NCBI GenBank assembly: GCA_963726375.1
Contig: CAVSCE010000009.1
Location: 546,492-610,491, forward strand
Reading direction: 5' to 3'
Source of the DNA: an uncultured Chloroflexia bacterium
GTDB lineage: Bacteria; Chloroflexota; Anaerolineae; Anaerolineales; UBA4823
DNA length: 64,000 nucleotides
The notes under the pieces are model-generated. The model had not been told where the DNA came from. It made no database searches and saw nothing but the letters and a program-made list of their open reading frames with translations. This document shows positions 19,152 through 31,040 of the stretch, one piece after another (within the stretch, counting starts at the first letter, position 1; every line of letters starts with the position of its first letter). A program made the position numbers and the translations under genes.

Positions 19152-19186
19152 AGATCATGCTGGGGACAACATCCCCAACATGATCT
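19152..19186. terminator. bidirectional hairpin between the convergent methyltransferase and araB
   Basis: AGATCATGCTGGGGA-caac-ATCCCCAACATGATCT forms a 15 bp stem with one mismatch. Confidence 0.65.
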
Positions 19187-19207
19187 TGGAAAGATTTTTA
19201 AGAATTC

Positions 19208-20884
19208 TTATTGAGATCTCGAATTGGCCTTGATTATTTTCAAACGCTTCATGACATCATTTGCCCCTCTTCCAAAATAGTCATGCAAAGATAAGTATTC
19301 TGCGAAGAGCTTATCATAAACAGCACTGTTCTCGGGGATTGGCTTATAAGTGATATCTTTCAACTTTGCCATTTTCTTTGCAGCATCGAATATTGAATCG
19401 TAACCACCTGCATTCTTACCAGCAGCAACAGCTCCAAACATAGCGGATCCCAAAGCCGGGGTCTGGCTTGAGGCAGTAATCTTCATCTCACGACCTGTGA
19501 CATCAGCATAAATTTGCATGAGCAAGCGGTTGCGATCCGGAAGCCCACCGCAAGCGACCAGCTCGTTAACAGGCACTCCATTCTTCTCAAAGGCTTCGAC
19601 AATTACGCGAGTGCCGTATGCAGTCGCTTCAATCAAAGCCCGATAAATCTCTTCTGCTTTTGTAGCCAGGGTTGCGCCGATCAACAGTCCTGTCAGATCG
19701 ACATCGACCAGCACGCTCCGATTACCATTCCACCAATCGAGAGCCAGCAAACCGCTCTCGCCAGGCTTAAGTAAAGCGGCTTTTTCTTCGAGCAGGGAAT
19801 GAGTGGAAATTCCTCTCTTCCTGGCTTCATCCTCATATGCTGCTGGAATGCAATTTTCGACAAACCAGGCAAAATGATCACCAACGCATGACTGCCCGGC
19901 TTCGTATCCAAACAGTCCGGGGATGATTCCATCTTCCACATATCCACAAATTCCAGGCACTAGCTGCTCACTGTCGCCCAGCACCATGTGGCAAATGCTG
20001 GTTCCCATGATCATGACCATGCGGCCGACCTCAGTGACTGTTGCTGCCGGAACTGCGACATGTGCATCTACATTCGCTATTGCTACAGCCGTTCCTGGCT
20101 TGAGACCAGTCCAATCAGCAGCCTGCTTCGTCAATTCACCAGCCTTCTGGCCGATCGGAATGATCTGCTTGCTCATCTTTTTCTCGACAACATCAGCCAG
20201 GCGAGGGTCTAAAGCTCGAAAATAATCTTCCTCTGGAAAACCATCCCTTTTTGACCACATGGCTTTATATCCAGCCGTACAAGAGTTGCGGGTCTCAATC
20301 CCTGTCAACTGCCAGATCACCCAATCTGCAGCCTCGATCAATCGATCTGCAGCTTGATAAATTTCAGGCGCCTCATCCAGAATTTGCAGGGTCTTCGAGA
20401 AAAACCATTCGGAGGAAATTTTCCCCCCGTATCTTTCAAGCCACTCCTGGTTCAAATCTCGAGCAGTTTCATTGATTTTATTTGCCTCTGGCTGGGCTGC
20501 ATGGTGTTTCCAGAGCTTTACCCAGGCATGAGGGTTGTTCCGAAGCTCGGGTAAATTGCACAAAGGCGTTCCATCTGATTTCACCGGAAGCATGGTGCAG
20601 GCTGTAAAATCAATCCCAATCCCGATTACATCGGCAGGGTCCACTCCTCCCATTTTAATTACGGTTGGAACAGCTGTTTTGTATACTTCGATGTAATCAT
20701 TAGGATCCTGCAGCGCCCAGTCCGGTCCGAGTTGTACGTTCGTTTGGGGAATTTTTTCGTCAATAACGCCATTTGAATAAGGGTGGACGGATGTGGCGAT
20801 TTCTTCACCTGTAGCCACATCCACAAGCAGAGCTCGGCCAGATTCAGTCCCAAAGTCTACACCAATGGAATACTTCTTTGCCAT
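19208..20884 (-). CDS. araB: ribulokinase (FGGY family)
   Basis: The N-terminus [25 protein letters not shown] is typical of AraB, and the protein is full length at 558 aa. Confidence 0.85.
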   Translation of the reverse strand: MAKKYSIGVDFGTESGRALLVDVATGEEIATSVHPYSNGVIDEKIPQTNVQLGPDWALQDPNDYIEVYKTAVPTVIKMGGVDPADVIGIGIDFTACTMLPVKSDGTPLCNLPELRNNPHAWVKLWKHHAAQPEANKINETARDLNQEWLERYGGKISSEWFFSKTLQILDEAPEIYQAADRLIEAADWVIWQLTGIETRNSCTAGYKAMWSKRDGFPEEDYFRALDPRLADVVEKKMSKQIIPIGQKAGELTKQAADWTGLKPGTAVAIANVDAHVAVPAATVTEVGRMVMIMGTSICHMVLGDSEQLVPGICGYVEDGIIPGLFGYEAGQSCVGDHFAWFVENCIPAAYEDEARKRGISTHSLLEEKAALLKPGESGLLALDWWNGNRSVLVDVDLTGLLIGATLATKAEEIYRALIEATAYGTRVIVEAFEKNGVPVNELVACGGLPDRNRLLMQIYADVTGREMKITASSQTPALGSAMFGAVAAGKNAGGYDSIFDAAKKMAKLKDITYKPIPENSAVYDKLFAEYLSLHDYFGRGANDVMKRLKIIKANSRSQ

Positions 20885-20893
20885 ATTATTCTC

Positions 20894-21903
20894 CTAATCA
20901 TTTGAATGCGGTTCGATTATGACTTTTAATCCATCGCGCTTTGCGGCTATTTCAAATGCCTTTTCAACCATATTCAAAGGAAACCTGTGGGTGACCAATG
21001 TTCGAACATCAATCAGCCCATCTTCTACCAACCGAATCGCACGAGGATAAGTATTATTCATTCTGCGACACAAAATGATCTGAAGTCCCTTTCTGCGTGC
21101 AGTCGAGGCGCAAAATGCTATTTGATCTTTGGCTGGTATCCCCACAATAACAACAGTCCCTCCTGGTCTGGCAGCAGCAACTGCACTCTCAACTGCCTCC
21201 GGCTCACCAGCCGTCTCAAAAACAATATCTAATCCTCGATTCCCAATTTGTTGATTTAGCTGATTAGGATGTCCATCTTGATCAACAAGCAGCTGAAGAT
21301 CTGACCCAAGCGATTGGGCTTTCTTCAGTCGATGTTCTAAACGGTCAGAAGCCGCTATCATTCTGGGACGTCTCAATTTCAGAAGCTGTATCAACAACAG
21401 GCCGATGGGTCCACATCCAAAAACTCCCAGCTGCATTCTTGGATGCATTTGTACCAGGTCATGGGCATAGATCGCCACTCCAAGCGGCTCGAGCATCGCG
21501 CCATCTATTGCATTAAAATCCTTCGGCAGCCGAAATATTTTATTAACCGGCCAGCAAATATATTCCCTTAGCGCACCATCCATTTGACCATGACCCGCAA
21601 ATTTTACTTCCGGACACAGGTTGTGATTTCCTTCACGACAGGATTCGCATTTTCCACACGGAACAGCTGGATCTAATGCAACAAGCTGCCCGCTTGTGGT
21701 GTCAAAAGCTGAACATTCATGACCTAATACAAGTGGTTTTGTTAAGACAGAATCCCCGATTGCCGTGTCAATCATCCAGTGGATGTCCGATCCGCAGATG
21801 CCAACAGCTTCAACTCTTAAAGAGCTTCTCCTTTACCAGGAGATGGGCGCTCCTCTTCATGGATTCTAAAATCATTCCTGCCGTGCAAACGCACTGATTT
21901 CAT
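20894..21903 (-). CDS. zinc-dependent alcohol/polyol dehydrogenase (sorbitol/threonine dehydrogenase-like), frameshifted near 21800
   Basis: The N-terminus MKSVRLHGRNDFRIHEEERPSPGKGEAL...VEAVGICGSDIHW is in a shifted frame. ORF 20894..21775 carries GHE and the CGKCESC structural zinc site. The ATG overlaps the upstream stop (ATGA at 21900-21903). Confidence 0.8.
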
Positions 21904-22992
21904 GTTACTTCAAGAATTGCCGGTCTTTTTATTTTCTGCCCAACGTACTCAATTGAAATCATCGGCCAATCAGGAATTTGCGTAATTACCTCGTTCTCAT
22001 TTTCGCCTACCAGGATTGTATCCTCTGATTTTGTCCCTCTAATCGATGGATTCCAGGCATAAGCCTGTCCAGTCGATATCATATCCTCACTACCCGGAAC
22101 AGCGAGATATTCACGCGGCTCGTAACCTGCCGGTCCACCCTGATGATGATCCATCCATTCATCGGCAAAACCAGTCTGTGAATACTCGTTGCGGGCTGTT
22201 TCAATTACATCTCCCAGGCTGCTTCCTGGGCGGGTTTGCAGGATCATTCCAGCGTCGACCCTTGCAACTGCATGAGATTTTCTAAGAAGTTCTTCCGGCA
22301 GGTGTCCAAAGTAAACCAGCCGGGTAATTGAGCAAACCAGACCCTTGTACCTCCCGCACATCACCAGCATCCCATATTTTTCGAGCCGCTTTGAAGTTGG
22401 GAGCGGGTGACGATAAGAGAATATGCGGTCATCTGTCGCAATAAGGTTGACGATTGGTTGAACTTCGCGGCTTAATGCGCCGCCAGCGACGAGCGCAGCA
22501 ATCTGGTATTCGCTCATTCCCGGAGTGACCAATCGGATTGCAGAATTCATCGTTTCTGCGCAAAGATTTCCTAAGGTGCGGAAACGGTGGATTTCTTCAG
22601 GGGTCAGTAAAGTCCTCATCCTGGAAATTTCAACGGAAAGATCCAATCCGTCCAAGATGGGTCCATCACAACCTATTCTATTTCCACCTGCGAGGGAGGC
22701 CAGATTTGCAGGATTTCCATGCCATTGTCTGATTTGGATCTTCCAGCCCTGATCCTCGAGCTTTTCTTCCCCCTTCAAGCGCGTGGATTCGATATTGTCA
22801 GTCAGAACAAAACGACCAGTCCGAGTGATCAGCAATGATGCAGCACCATCTGTTGAGGCGGAATTCACAAAAGACGCCGCTCCGCATGTCGCCCAGGCGA
22901 AGCTGCTCACTCTTTCTTAACAACAAACCGTCCAGACGATGTTTATCGAGAAGGGATCGAATCCGTTCCAGCTTGGTTTCTATTTCAACCAT
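21900..22992 (-). CDS. M24 family metallopeptidase (Xaa-Pro peptidase/creatinase-like), frameshifted near 22850
   Basis: The N-terminal creatinase-like segment MVEIETKLERIRSLLDKHRLDGLLL lies in ORF 22798..22992. The pita-bread domain lies in ORF 21900..22910. Confidence 0.65.
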
Positions 22993-23016
22993 TGCAGCCT
23001 CTAATTTTCTGAGCTA

Positions 23017-24463
23017 TTAACTCATGTGATTATAAACATTCCACCCAAAGTATTTTGTGAAAGACTTATCTAAGATTGATGAGATTTTGGATGGGTTAAT
23101 CGCGACGTGATGCTCAAATCCATTGTTGCAAATATAAGCAAGGAGCTTCTGCAAGTTCGGGATTTTGACAACTCCGTAACCACCAAATGTTTTCAAGGGG
23201 TCGTTAGTTAACTCTCCCTCACCGATATATGCAGAAATTTTCCCATTGAAATCATCTGTGGATACCCTGCAGTATGAAAAGGGCATCGCTTTAACCCTTC
23301 CTACGATGGTTCCGTAAGTGCTGTCTTTTCCAACTGTGCCTGCGATAATCGCCTGGTAATCCATGGTAGGGATATCTTCGGCAGAGATCGTTTCATCGAC
23401 AAAAATATCCTTTGGAAGATTCGAACAATGGAAGACAACCCCCATATCAGGTTCATTGGCATAGTTATTGTTCCAATCGACCAGTGCACTAGGTTTCCCA
23501 GAAGCTAAAACCATGGCATACATACCTACTACTCCTGCAATATCTGTCTCACAGGCAGAAGGCATTAATCCGTTTGACATCATGCTCATTAGCGTGCAAG
23601 GTACCACTCCATAAAATTCTTCCATGGCTGTCCAGCACTGCAGGGCGCTTGCATCGAGGTTATTCTCTTCCATCCATGCATCAATGACAGCACCCAGGCG
23701 CGCCATACGGTCCAAGGCTGCCTTGGGAATACCAGTGGTTTTCACATAGGACAGCATTTCCTCCTTTTTTGCTTGAAACCTGGGATCTTCATCTTTTATT
23801 CGAATTGCTTTTCCGAACATTTCTGAAAGATCGATCGTTGTCGTTGAAATCCCACTCCGTTCCAGCAGTTTCTCGCTATAACGTACGGTGTTGAAATTGG
23901 TCGGCCGTGCTCCAATCGCACCCAACCTTGCCCTTCGAAGACCTTTTACAACCCTACAAATGCCCACAAAACGATTTAAATCGGCGAGAAAACTTTCACT
24001 TTCTGGATCTATCGTGTGCATTGTTGTAAGCGTAAAACGTATGCCATATTGTGTGAGGTTGTTACAGCATGACATTTTTCCACAGAATGAATCTCGCCTG
24101 TCGGCAATCGTCATCTTTGACATATCATCAGGAAACGCATGGATAAGCACAGGAACATTTAAATCCGCCCATCGAAGTGCATTTGCCACCGCACGCTCAT
24201 CACCAAAATTGGGTAGTGTAACCAACACGCCATCGATTTCATCTTTATGCAGCTTAAAAAGATCCGCACATTTCTGCGAATCCGAGATCGAACTCAATAC
24301 TTCCGTTAAGCGTATCATTTGGAGTTAATGCAATCGCTGTGATCCCCTGGCTTTCAAGAACTTTTAAAATCGTTTTTCGACCACTGTCACAAAGATGGTT
24401 GGGGAAAAATCCGCGATTCCCAACAATAACACCGAGTACAGGTTTCTTTTCAAGAATGTTCAT
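23017..24463 (-). CDS. L-fucose/L-arabinose isomerase family protein, frameshifted near 24300
   Basis: The N-terminus KPVLGVIVGNRGFFPNHL lies in ORF 24254..24463. ORF 23017..24318 has the pattern typical of FucI-like isomerases: LPNFGDERA, RLGAIGARPTNFNTVRY and FEHHVAIN. Confidence 0.7.
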
Positions 24464-24800
24464 TTTCTACTCCATTTCTAGATTGAATAATATCAACTTG
24501 CATTTTTACCTGAATATTTTACATTCAATTTTTAATATTTTACTAAGGCTGACTACTTATTTGTCTGTTCCAATCCCAAGATCGACTGAAAAGAGCAGAT
24601 TACATAAGATTGATTTGGCGATCGCAAACAAGATATAATTTGATATACCAGGTCAAAATGTTATTAAGACGCGAAAATTTTATATGTTATCGTGTCCGGG
24701 AACGTTATCATTCTATCATGATATTAAACGCATCACTAGAGAACCAGGAGATGTATTTATTCCCCAGAAATTGAACAAAACCTCCAGTTGAAATTTCTTA

Positions 24801-25148
24801 TCAATCTTTAGGAATACCGATTTCAATCATACCGGCATTGGTTCTTACCGGATAAGCTGGAATATCCACAAATGCTGGCAAGGAAAGTGCTTTTCCATCC
24901 CTGATATCGAACCTGGCCCCATGTCTCGGACACACAATCTCGAACCCTTCAATCTCACCTTCACCAACCGGACCATCGTCATGGCTGCAGATATCTTCTA
25001 TAGCGAAGAATTTACCAGCAATCTCGAACAGGACAAGCGAAATGTTATCGATCTCAAAAAATAATCTTTCACCTGGCGTAAAATTATCCTGTTGAACAAC
25101 TGGAATAAATTCAAGATTTCCAGAGTCCCGCATTGAATAATTAAACAC
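24801..25148 (-). CDS. Rieske [2Fe-2S] domain protein (last gene of the suf operon)
   Basis: The Rieske ligands are CSHDDGP...CPRHGARF. Confidence 0.85.
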   Translation of the reverse strand: MFNYSMRDSGNLEFIPVVQQDNFTPGERLFFEIDNISLVLFEIAGKFFAIEDICSHDDGPVGEGEIEGFEIVCPRHGARFDIRDGKALSLPAFVDIPAYPVRTNAGMIEIGIPKD

Positions 25149-25174
25149 GTTAATCTCTCGTCACTTAATTGAAC

Positions 25175-25570
25175 TCAGTCAACTAAATCGTCGCTGGCTT
25201 CTCCCAAACCATAAACCCCAGCCTTCAAGACTTTCAGCGACAACAATGCGCATTTCAGACGAACTGGACCCAACTCCAGGCCTAATAATTCCAGTAGATC
25301 TTCTTTTGAAAATTGTTTTACTTCTTCGACCGATTTATTTATGACAGAATCTAACAATAGATCCGCAGATGCCTGCGAAATCGCACATCCATGTCCTTCA
25401 AAGACAGCCTCGTTGATCCGATTACTCGAGTCTACTCGCAGTTCGATTCGAATGTGATCCCCACAAAGCGGATTATCGTCTTCGAAGGCAATGTCGTGCG
25501 GGACAAGGTTTCCGCGATGTTGAGGATTTTTATAACGATCAATTATTATTTCTCGATAAAGGTCATCCAT
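25175..25570 (-). CDS. sufU: SUF system Fe-S scaffold SufU (NifU/IscU-like)
   Basis: The sequence reads YREIIIDRYKNPQHRGNL, NPLCGD and GHGCAIS. I set the start at the ATG at 25570, just after the sufS stop. Confidence 0.88.
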   Translation of the reverse strand: MDDLYREIIIDRYKNPQHRGNLVPHDIAFEDDNPLCGDHIRIELRVDSSNRINEAVFEGHGCAISQASADLLLDSVINKSVEEVKQFSKEDLLELLGLELGPVRLKCALLSLKVLKAGVYGLGEASDDLVD

Positions 25571-25583
25571 AGAAATTACTTTC

Positions 25584-26834
25584 TTATAATCTAAAGAATT
25601 CACGAACCTTGTACAGTGATTCGGCTAGATGATCGACTTCTTCTTTTGTGGAATAAAGATAAAAACTAGCCCTGGCAGTTGCGGGTAATCCATATTTCTC
25701 ATGAAGGGGCATCGCACAGTGGTGTCCTGCGCGAATTGCGATCCCAGATCGATCTAATATTTGAGAGATATCATGAGGATGAATCCCAGAAAGCGTAAAA
25801 GAGACTACACCGCCGCGGTACTCGGCTTTTGGACCAATGACTTGAACGCCTGGGATTTCTTCAAGCCGTTCCATCGCATAAGCCACAATCCATTTTTCAT
25901 GGTCAGCAATCGCTTGCATGCCAATCGTATTCAAGTAATCAATTGCAGCATTGAAACCAATTCCTTCAGCAATTGCTGGCGTTCCAGCTTCGAATTTATG
26001 AGGCAGCTCGTTTGGTGCGAATGACCTCAAATGGACGCGTTTGATCATATCTCCACCACCTAAGAATGGTGGCATCGCGTCCAGCATCTCTCTCTTCCCG
26101 AATAATACTCCTATCCCGGTCGGTCCGCACATCTTATGAGCGGAGAAAGCTATAAAATCTGCATCCAGTTCTTTGACGTCGACCGGTAAATGCGGTACTG
26201 ATTGTGCTGCATCGACTAGCGCTACAGCTCCAGCCTGATGAGCCAGGTGAATAATCTCCCTGGCTGGATTAATCGTCCCGAGGACATTGGACATATGGGT
26301 AAATGCTACAAGTTTTGGTTTAAGCTCAAGTAATTTGGCATATTGGTCGATATCCAGCAGACCATCTTCGCCGACAGGGATGAATTCCAAACGAAGATCT
26401 ATCTCCGTTGCAAGGATATGCCATGGTACTAAATTGGAATGGTGTTCCATTTCAGTGAGTATGACGACATCGCCTGTCTTGAGAAATTTTCTCCCCCACG
26501 AATAAGCCACAAGATTTATTGATTCTGTTGTATTCCTGGTAAAGATCACCTCCCTCGATGAGGCGGCATTGATAAAACTCGCAACTTTTTTTCTTGCCAA
26601 CTCGTAACCTGCAGTCGATTCCTCAGCAAGCACATGAATCCCCCGATGGATATTTGCATTGGACTCTCTGTAAAAATGATCCATGGAATCGATCACAATC
26701 TGGGGTTTTTGGCTCGTAGCTGTTGAGTCCAGATAGACCAGTTTAATTCCGGGGTGGACATCACGATTTAAGATTGGAAAATCCGAGCGAATACGATTTA
26801 TATCAAAGAATTGTTCTGGTTTGTGATCCATCAT
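25584..26834 (-). CDS. sufS: cysteine desulfurase SufS
   Basis: It is a 416 aa class V aminotransferase. It carries the SAHKMCGPTGIG PLP lysine and the RAGHHCA active-site cysteine loop. Confidence 0.92.
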   Translation of the reverse strand: MMDHKPEQFFDINRIRSDFPILNRDVHPGIKLVYLDSTATSQKPQIVIDSMDHFYRESNANIHRGIHVLAEESTAGYELARKKVASFINAASSREVIFTRNTTESINLVAYSWGRKFLKTGDVVILTEMEHHSNLVPWHILATEIDLRLEFIPVGEDGLLDIDQYAKLLELKPKLVAFTHMSNVLGTINPAREIIHLAHQAGAVALVDAAQSVPHLPVDVKELDADFIAFSAHKMCGPTGIGVLFGKREMLDAMPPFLGGGDMIKRVHLRSFAPNELPHKFEAGTPAIAEGIGFNAAIDYLNTIGMQAIADHEKWIVAYAMERLEEIPGVQVIGPKAEYRGGVVSFTLSGIHPHDISQILDRSGIAIRAGHHCAMPLHEKYGLPATARASFYLYSTKEEVDHLAESLYKVREFFRL

Positions 26835-26877
26835 GATTGTTTATTTCGCCGAATTAACTTTTATATGAAATCCAACA

Positions 26878-27222
26878 TTATTCTTCGTCTTCCGTCTCGG
26901 AAGAAGCAGGTGGTTGAACTACACGACCACCTGTTGGTCGTTTCCGTCTGCGGCGAAGCGGTTTTCGGAGATTATTTGAACCTTTAGGACACCAAAGCAC
27001 ATGATCTGGGACCATCCAACCGTCGGTCAAGTAGACATTATCTTGAAACTGGACAGCAATCAATTTCATATCCACCTGGACGATAGTCCCGACAAGCCAA
27101 TCCCGAATTCGCTCGCCTTGTCTGTCGTGATCGCAAAAGACCTCGATCAAATCACCCACTCGAAAATTTTCATCTCGATCGGGAGCTGTGGAAAAATATA
27201 GACTAGACAAATTATCCTCCAA
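26878..27222 (-). CDS. hypothetical protein with an Arg/Lys-rich then acidic tail, embedded in the suf operon
   Basis: It is a 114 aa ORF between sufD and sufS on the same strand. I recognise no motif. The tail is KPLRRRRKRPTGG...ETEDEE. Confidence 0.4.
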   Translation of the reverse strand: MEDNLSSLYFSTAPDRDENFRVGDLIEVFCDHDRQGERIRDWLVGTIVQVDMKLIAVQFQDNVYLTDGWMVPDHVLWCPKGSNNLRKPLRRRRKRPTGGRVVQPPASSETEDEE

Positions 27223-27254
27223 AATGATTCCGAAAAGTATTCATCATAATATAA

Positions 27255-28615
27255 TTATCCCATTTTCTCTTCGATGGCGTTTTGAAATCGAGAGCGCACT
27301 CCTTCGAATGGGATGCGCTGCATGATGGGATCAAAAAATCCTTCCACGATCAAGCGTTCTGCGTCACTATACGAGATGCCCCGACTGCGAGCGTAGAATA
27401 TCTGATCCTGATCAATTTTTCCAACCGTAGCCCCGTGCGTGCAGCGCACATCATCAGCCAGAATCTCCAATCCAGGAATGGAATCCGCACGGGCTTCTCG
27501 GCTCAGCACAAGATTTCGATTTGCCTGATATCCATCTGTCTTCTGGGCGCCAGGTGCAACGTAAATCATCCCCTGCCAGACCGATCGACTTTTATCTCGG
27601 AGCGCACCTTTAAAAAGCAGGTCACTCGTTGTATTTTTCGCCAGATGGTTTTGTTGGGTATCGTGATCAAAATGCTGGCTACCGCTCGAAAAATAAAATC
27701 CTGACATCCGACCAGTAGCTCCCTGGCCTATAAGCTCGATTTCGGAAAAGTTCTTTGTGAGGTGGCTCCCAATGGCTCCAAAAATCCAATCCAAATTCCC
27801 GTCTTTCTCCACCCTAACCCTCTCATGGCTGAAATTCCAGACATGTTCACCCCAAGATTGGAGCTCTACAAAACGTAAATTAGCCCGCTCTCCAACATGA
27901 ATTTCTAAAACCCCGGCGTGCATTGTATGCCCATTCGGCTCGGTTTGAGATGCTGTCTCATGAACATAAGTCAAGGAAGAATCATCGTCTAACCAGACAA
28001 GGATATGGCTCAAGTATGCCAGATTTATCCCAGGACCCCAAAGCATGCTGTGCAAAGGCAACTCGAGGTGGAGGTTTTTCGGAACATAAATCAGTAAGCC
28101 CAGATCGGCATATGCACTCGCCAAAGCAGCGAACTTACCTTCAGATGGCTGGACTATTTTTCCAGAATTTTTTCTAGAATCTGTGGATGTTCGCTTTGTG
28201 CTGTCTTAATATCTGTAAAGATAACCCCTTTTTGGGCCAAAATTGGATCCAAATCAATCCTTGTTTGATTAGCCGTTAGGATAATCTGACCACCATGCTT
28301 GTTTCCTGTTAAGGGTTCAAGTAACGCTTTTGGAGGTTCGGAGAGCTGCGCTTTGCTCCGATCAAGCTCAATTGGTAGAATAAATTTTTCTACAGGTAAT
28401 CCTCGCAGGTCTGTCCTGCGCCAGGGTTCGTCGTTCACTGTGGGCATTCGGAGCTCATTGTACGTAGAAAACGCATTGTTGCGGAAATCTCTAATAAAAT
28501 CAGGAGTTCCAGTACTATAAGCAGTGCCTGGCGGCAGCCTGTCAACAAACGCAAATTCCTTGCGTTCTGCACTTCCTCTTTGACCAGATCTTGATATGAC
28601 GACTCGTTCTTTCAT
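27255..28615 (-). CDS. sufD: Fe-S cluster assembly protein SufD, frameshifted near 28130
   Basis: Fragments 28154..28615 and 27255..28124 are contiguous. The C-terminus has the typical SufB/D pattern: SREARADSIPGLEILADDVRCTHGATVGKIDQDQIFYARSRGI. Confidence 0.88.
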
Positions 28616-28628
28616 CTTTCCTAGGCCT

Positions 28629-30034
28629 CTATCCGACCGATCCTTCCATTTGGAGCTGAATCAACCGGTTCATTTCAATAGCATACTCCATCGGGAGTTC
28701 TTTCACGAGAGGTTCGATAAATCCGGACACAACCATGGTGGTTGCTTCTTCCTCACTCAACCCCGACTCATCAAATAAAATAGCTGCTCTTCACCAACCT
28801 TGGAGACCGAAGCTTCATGTCCAACAGAAACATCCTCTTCATCAATTTCAATGTATGGGTAGGTATCTGATCGAGCTTTCTCATCTAAAAGCAGTGCATC
28901 GCAAACTACATTCGACTTGACATCGAATGCACCTTGATGAACCTTCAATAAACCTCTGTAAGAAGCCCTACCACTCCCTTTGCTAATTGATTTTGAAGTG
29001 ATCTTGCTGCTGGTATGCGGCGCAAAATGGATTGCTTTACCCCCGGCATCTTGATGCTGTCCGGGTCCTGCAAACGCCATCGACAATATTTCGCCATGTG
29101 CTTTCGGACCCAGCAAATACGTGGAGGGTATTTCATCGTCAATTTGGATCCCAGATTTGCATCTACCCATTCCATGGTCGCGCCTTCATAAACCAAAGCA
29201 CGCTGGGTGACAAGATTATACACATTCGTTGACCAGTTCTGAATTGTTGTATATCGGACACGCGCATGAGGTCTTCACAATGATTTCAATCACACCAGAA
29301 TGAAGAGAATCGGTCGTATATGTTGGTGCCGTGCATCCTTCAACATAGTGAACCTGCGATCCCTCATCAGCGATGATCAGTGTGCGCTCGAATTGACCAA
29401 TATTCGCGATATTCAGACGAAAATATGCCTGTAGTGGAAGGTCAACCTTGATTCCCTTCGGAATATAGATAAATGAGCCACCGGACCACACGGCTCTGTT
29501 CAAGGCGGCAAATTTATTATCCTCTATTGGAATTACAGTGCCAAAATATTGCCTGAAGAGGTCTGGATGCTTGCGAAGTCCGTCTTCGATGCTTAAGAAT
29601 ATCACACCTAATTTTTCAAGGTGATCTTGCACCTTGTGGTAGACCATTTCGGACTCGTATTGAGCTCCGACTCCGGCCAGGAATTTTCGTTCTGCTTCAG
29701 GAATACCCAACTTATCGAAAGTATTCTTGATCGTTTCTGGTACATCATCCCACGATTGGCTTTCAGAATCTGATGGTTTCACATAATAATAAATATCATC
29801 CAGATTCAGGTTACTGAGATCCCCTCCCCAGACTGGTATCGGACGTTTTTGGAAATGATCAAGAGCTTTTAATCGAAAATCGAGCATCCATTCGGGTTCA
29901 CCCTTCATTGAAGAAATCTGCTCGACGATTTTTCGATCCAACCCCTTGCGGCTCTTGAAGACATAGGTGTCGGGGTCATTAAAACCATACTTATAATCAC
30001 CAATATCCTCTAAAATCCGGGAATCGCTTGACAT
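28629..30034 (-). CDS. sufB: Fe-S cluster assembly protein SufB, at least three frameshifts
   Basis: SufB sequence is spread over several frames: YKYGFNDPD.., [26 protein letters not shown].., [77 protein letters not shown] and [24 protein letters not shown]. Confidence 0.9.
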
Positions 30035-30100
30035 TCTTACCTCCACACAAACCCCATCCCTAGATAACAACGGGTGATTATCAGGATGGGGGCGATAAGT

Positions 30101-30875
30101 TTAAGTCGGGATGGTTGCTCCATCGCGTTCACGCAGCCAATCATAACCATGCTCTTCCAAATGAAGCGCAAGGTCTGCTCCACCAGATTCAACTATCCTT
30201 CCATCCAGCATGATGTGGACAAATTCTGGTTTGATATAGTTCAAGATTCTTTGGTAATGCGTAATCACTAAAACGCCCATCTCTGGACCTCTGAGTACAT
30301 TTACACCTTCAGAGACGATTCGAAGGGCATCGATGTCTAGACCCGAGTCCGTTTCATCCATTACCGCAATCTCGGGTTGTAAAGCTGCCATCTGCAGGAC
30401 TTCTGCGCGTTTCTTCTCCCCCCAGAAAATCCTTCATTCAAATATCGCCCTGCGAAAGCATGGTCCATCTTCAATAAATCCATCCGCTCCTTCAATAATT
30501 TTCGGAATTCAGGGATTGAAATTCCCTTATATTCAGGGTCGATCGCTTTTCGGCGAGCATTTATGGCTGCTCTAAGAAATTGGCAACAGAGACTCCCGGG
30601 ATTGCAACCGGGTATTGAAACGCAAGGAAAACACCTAGATGAGATCTCTGATCAGGTTCCAATTCAAGGATATTTTGCCCTTTAAAGAAAACTTCACCTT
30701 GAGTGACAGAATATCCTGGATGGCCCATCAGCGTATAAGCAAGGGTTGATTTCCCTGTCCCATTAGGTCCCATGAGAGCATGGACTTCCCCCTGTTTTAC
30801 GACCAGGTTCACACCTTTCAGGATCTCACGATTATCAATACTTACATATAAATTTCGAATTTCAAGCTCAGACAT
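30101..30875 (-). CDS. sufC: Fe-S cluster assembly ATPase SufC, frameshifted
   Basis: Walker A is GPNGTGKST (ORF 30561..30875). The Walker B/D-loop [15 protein letters not shown] lies in ORF 30101..30391, and the middle part is in a third frame. Confidence 0.9.
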
Positions 30876-31040
30876 CCGGCTTCTCCTTGCTTTTTGGAAA
30901 TATTCACAATTCGCTAAAACGATCAGGTCGTAACGTTCAAATATTCTAGGGTAAACATTTTACTTCAATATTGGATTAGCCAAAATTATAGCAGAAAAAT
31001 AGCTTTCAGTCAATAATATTTCTGATAATAATCTTAATTA

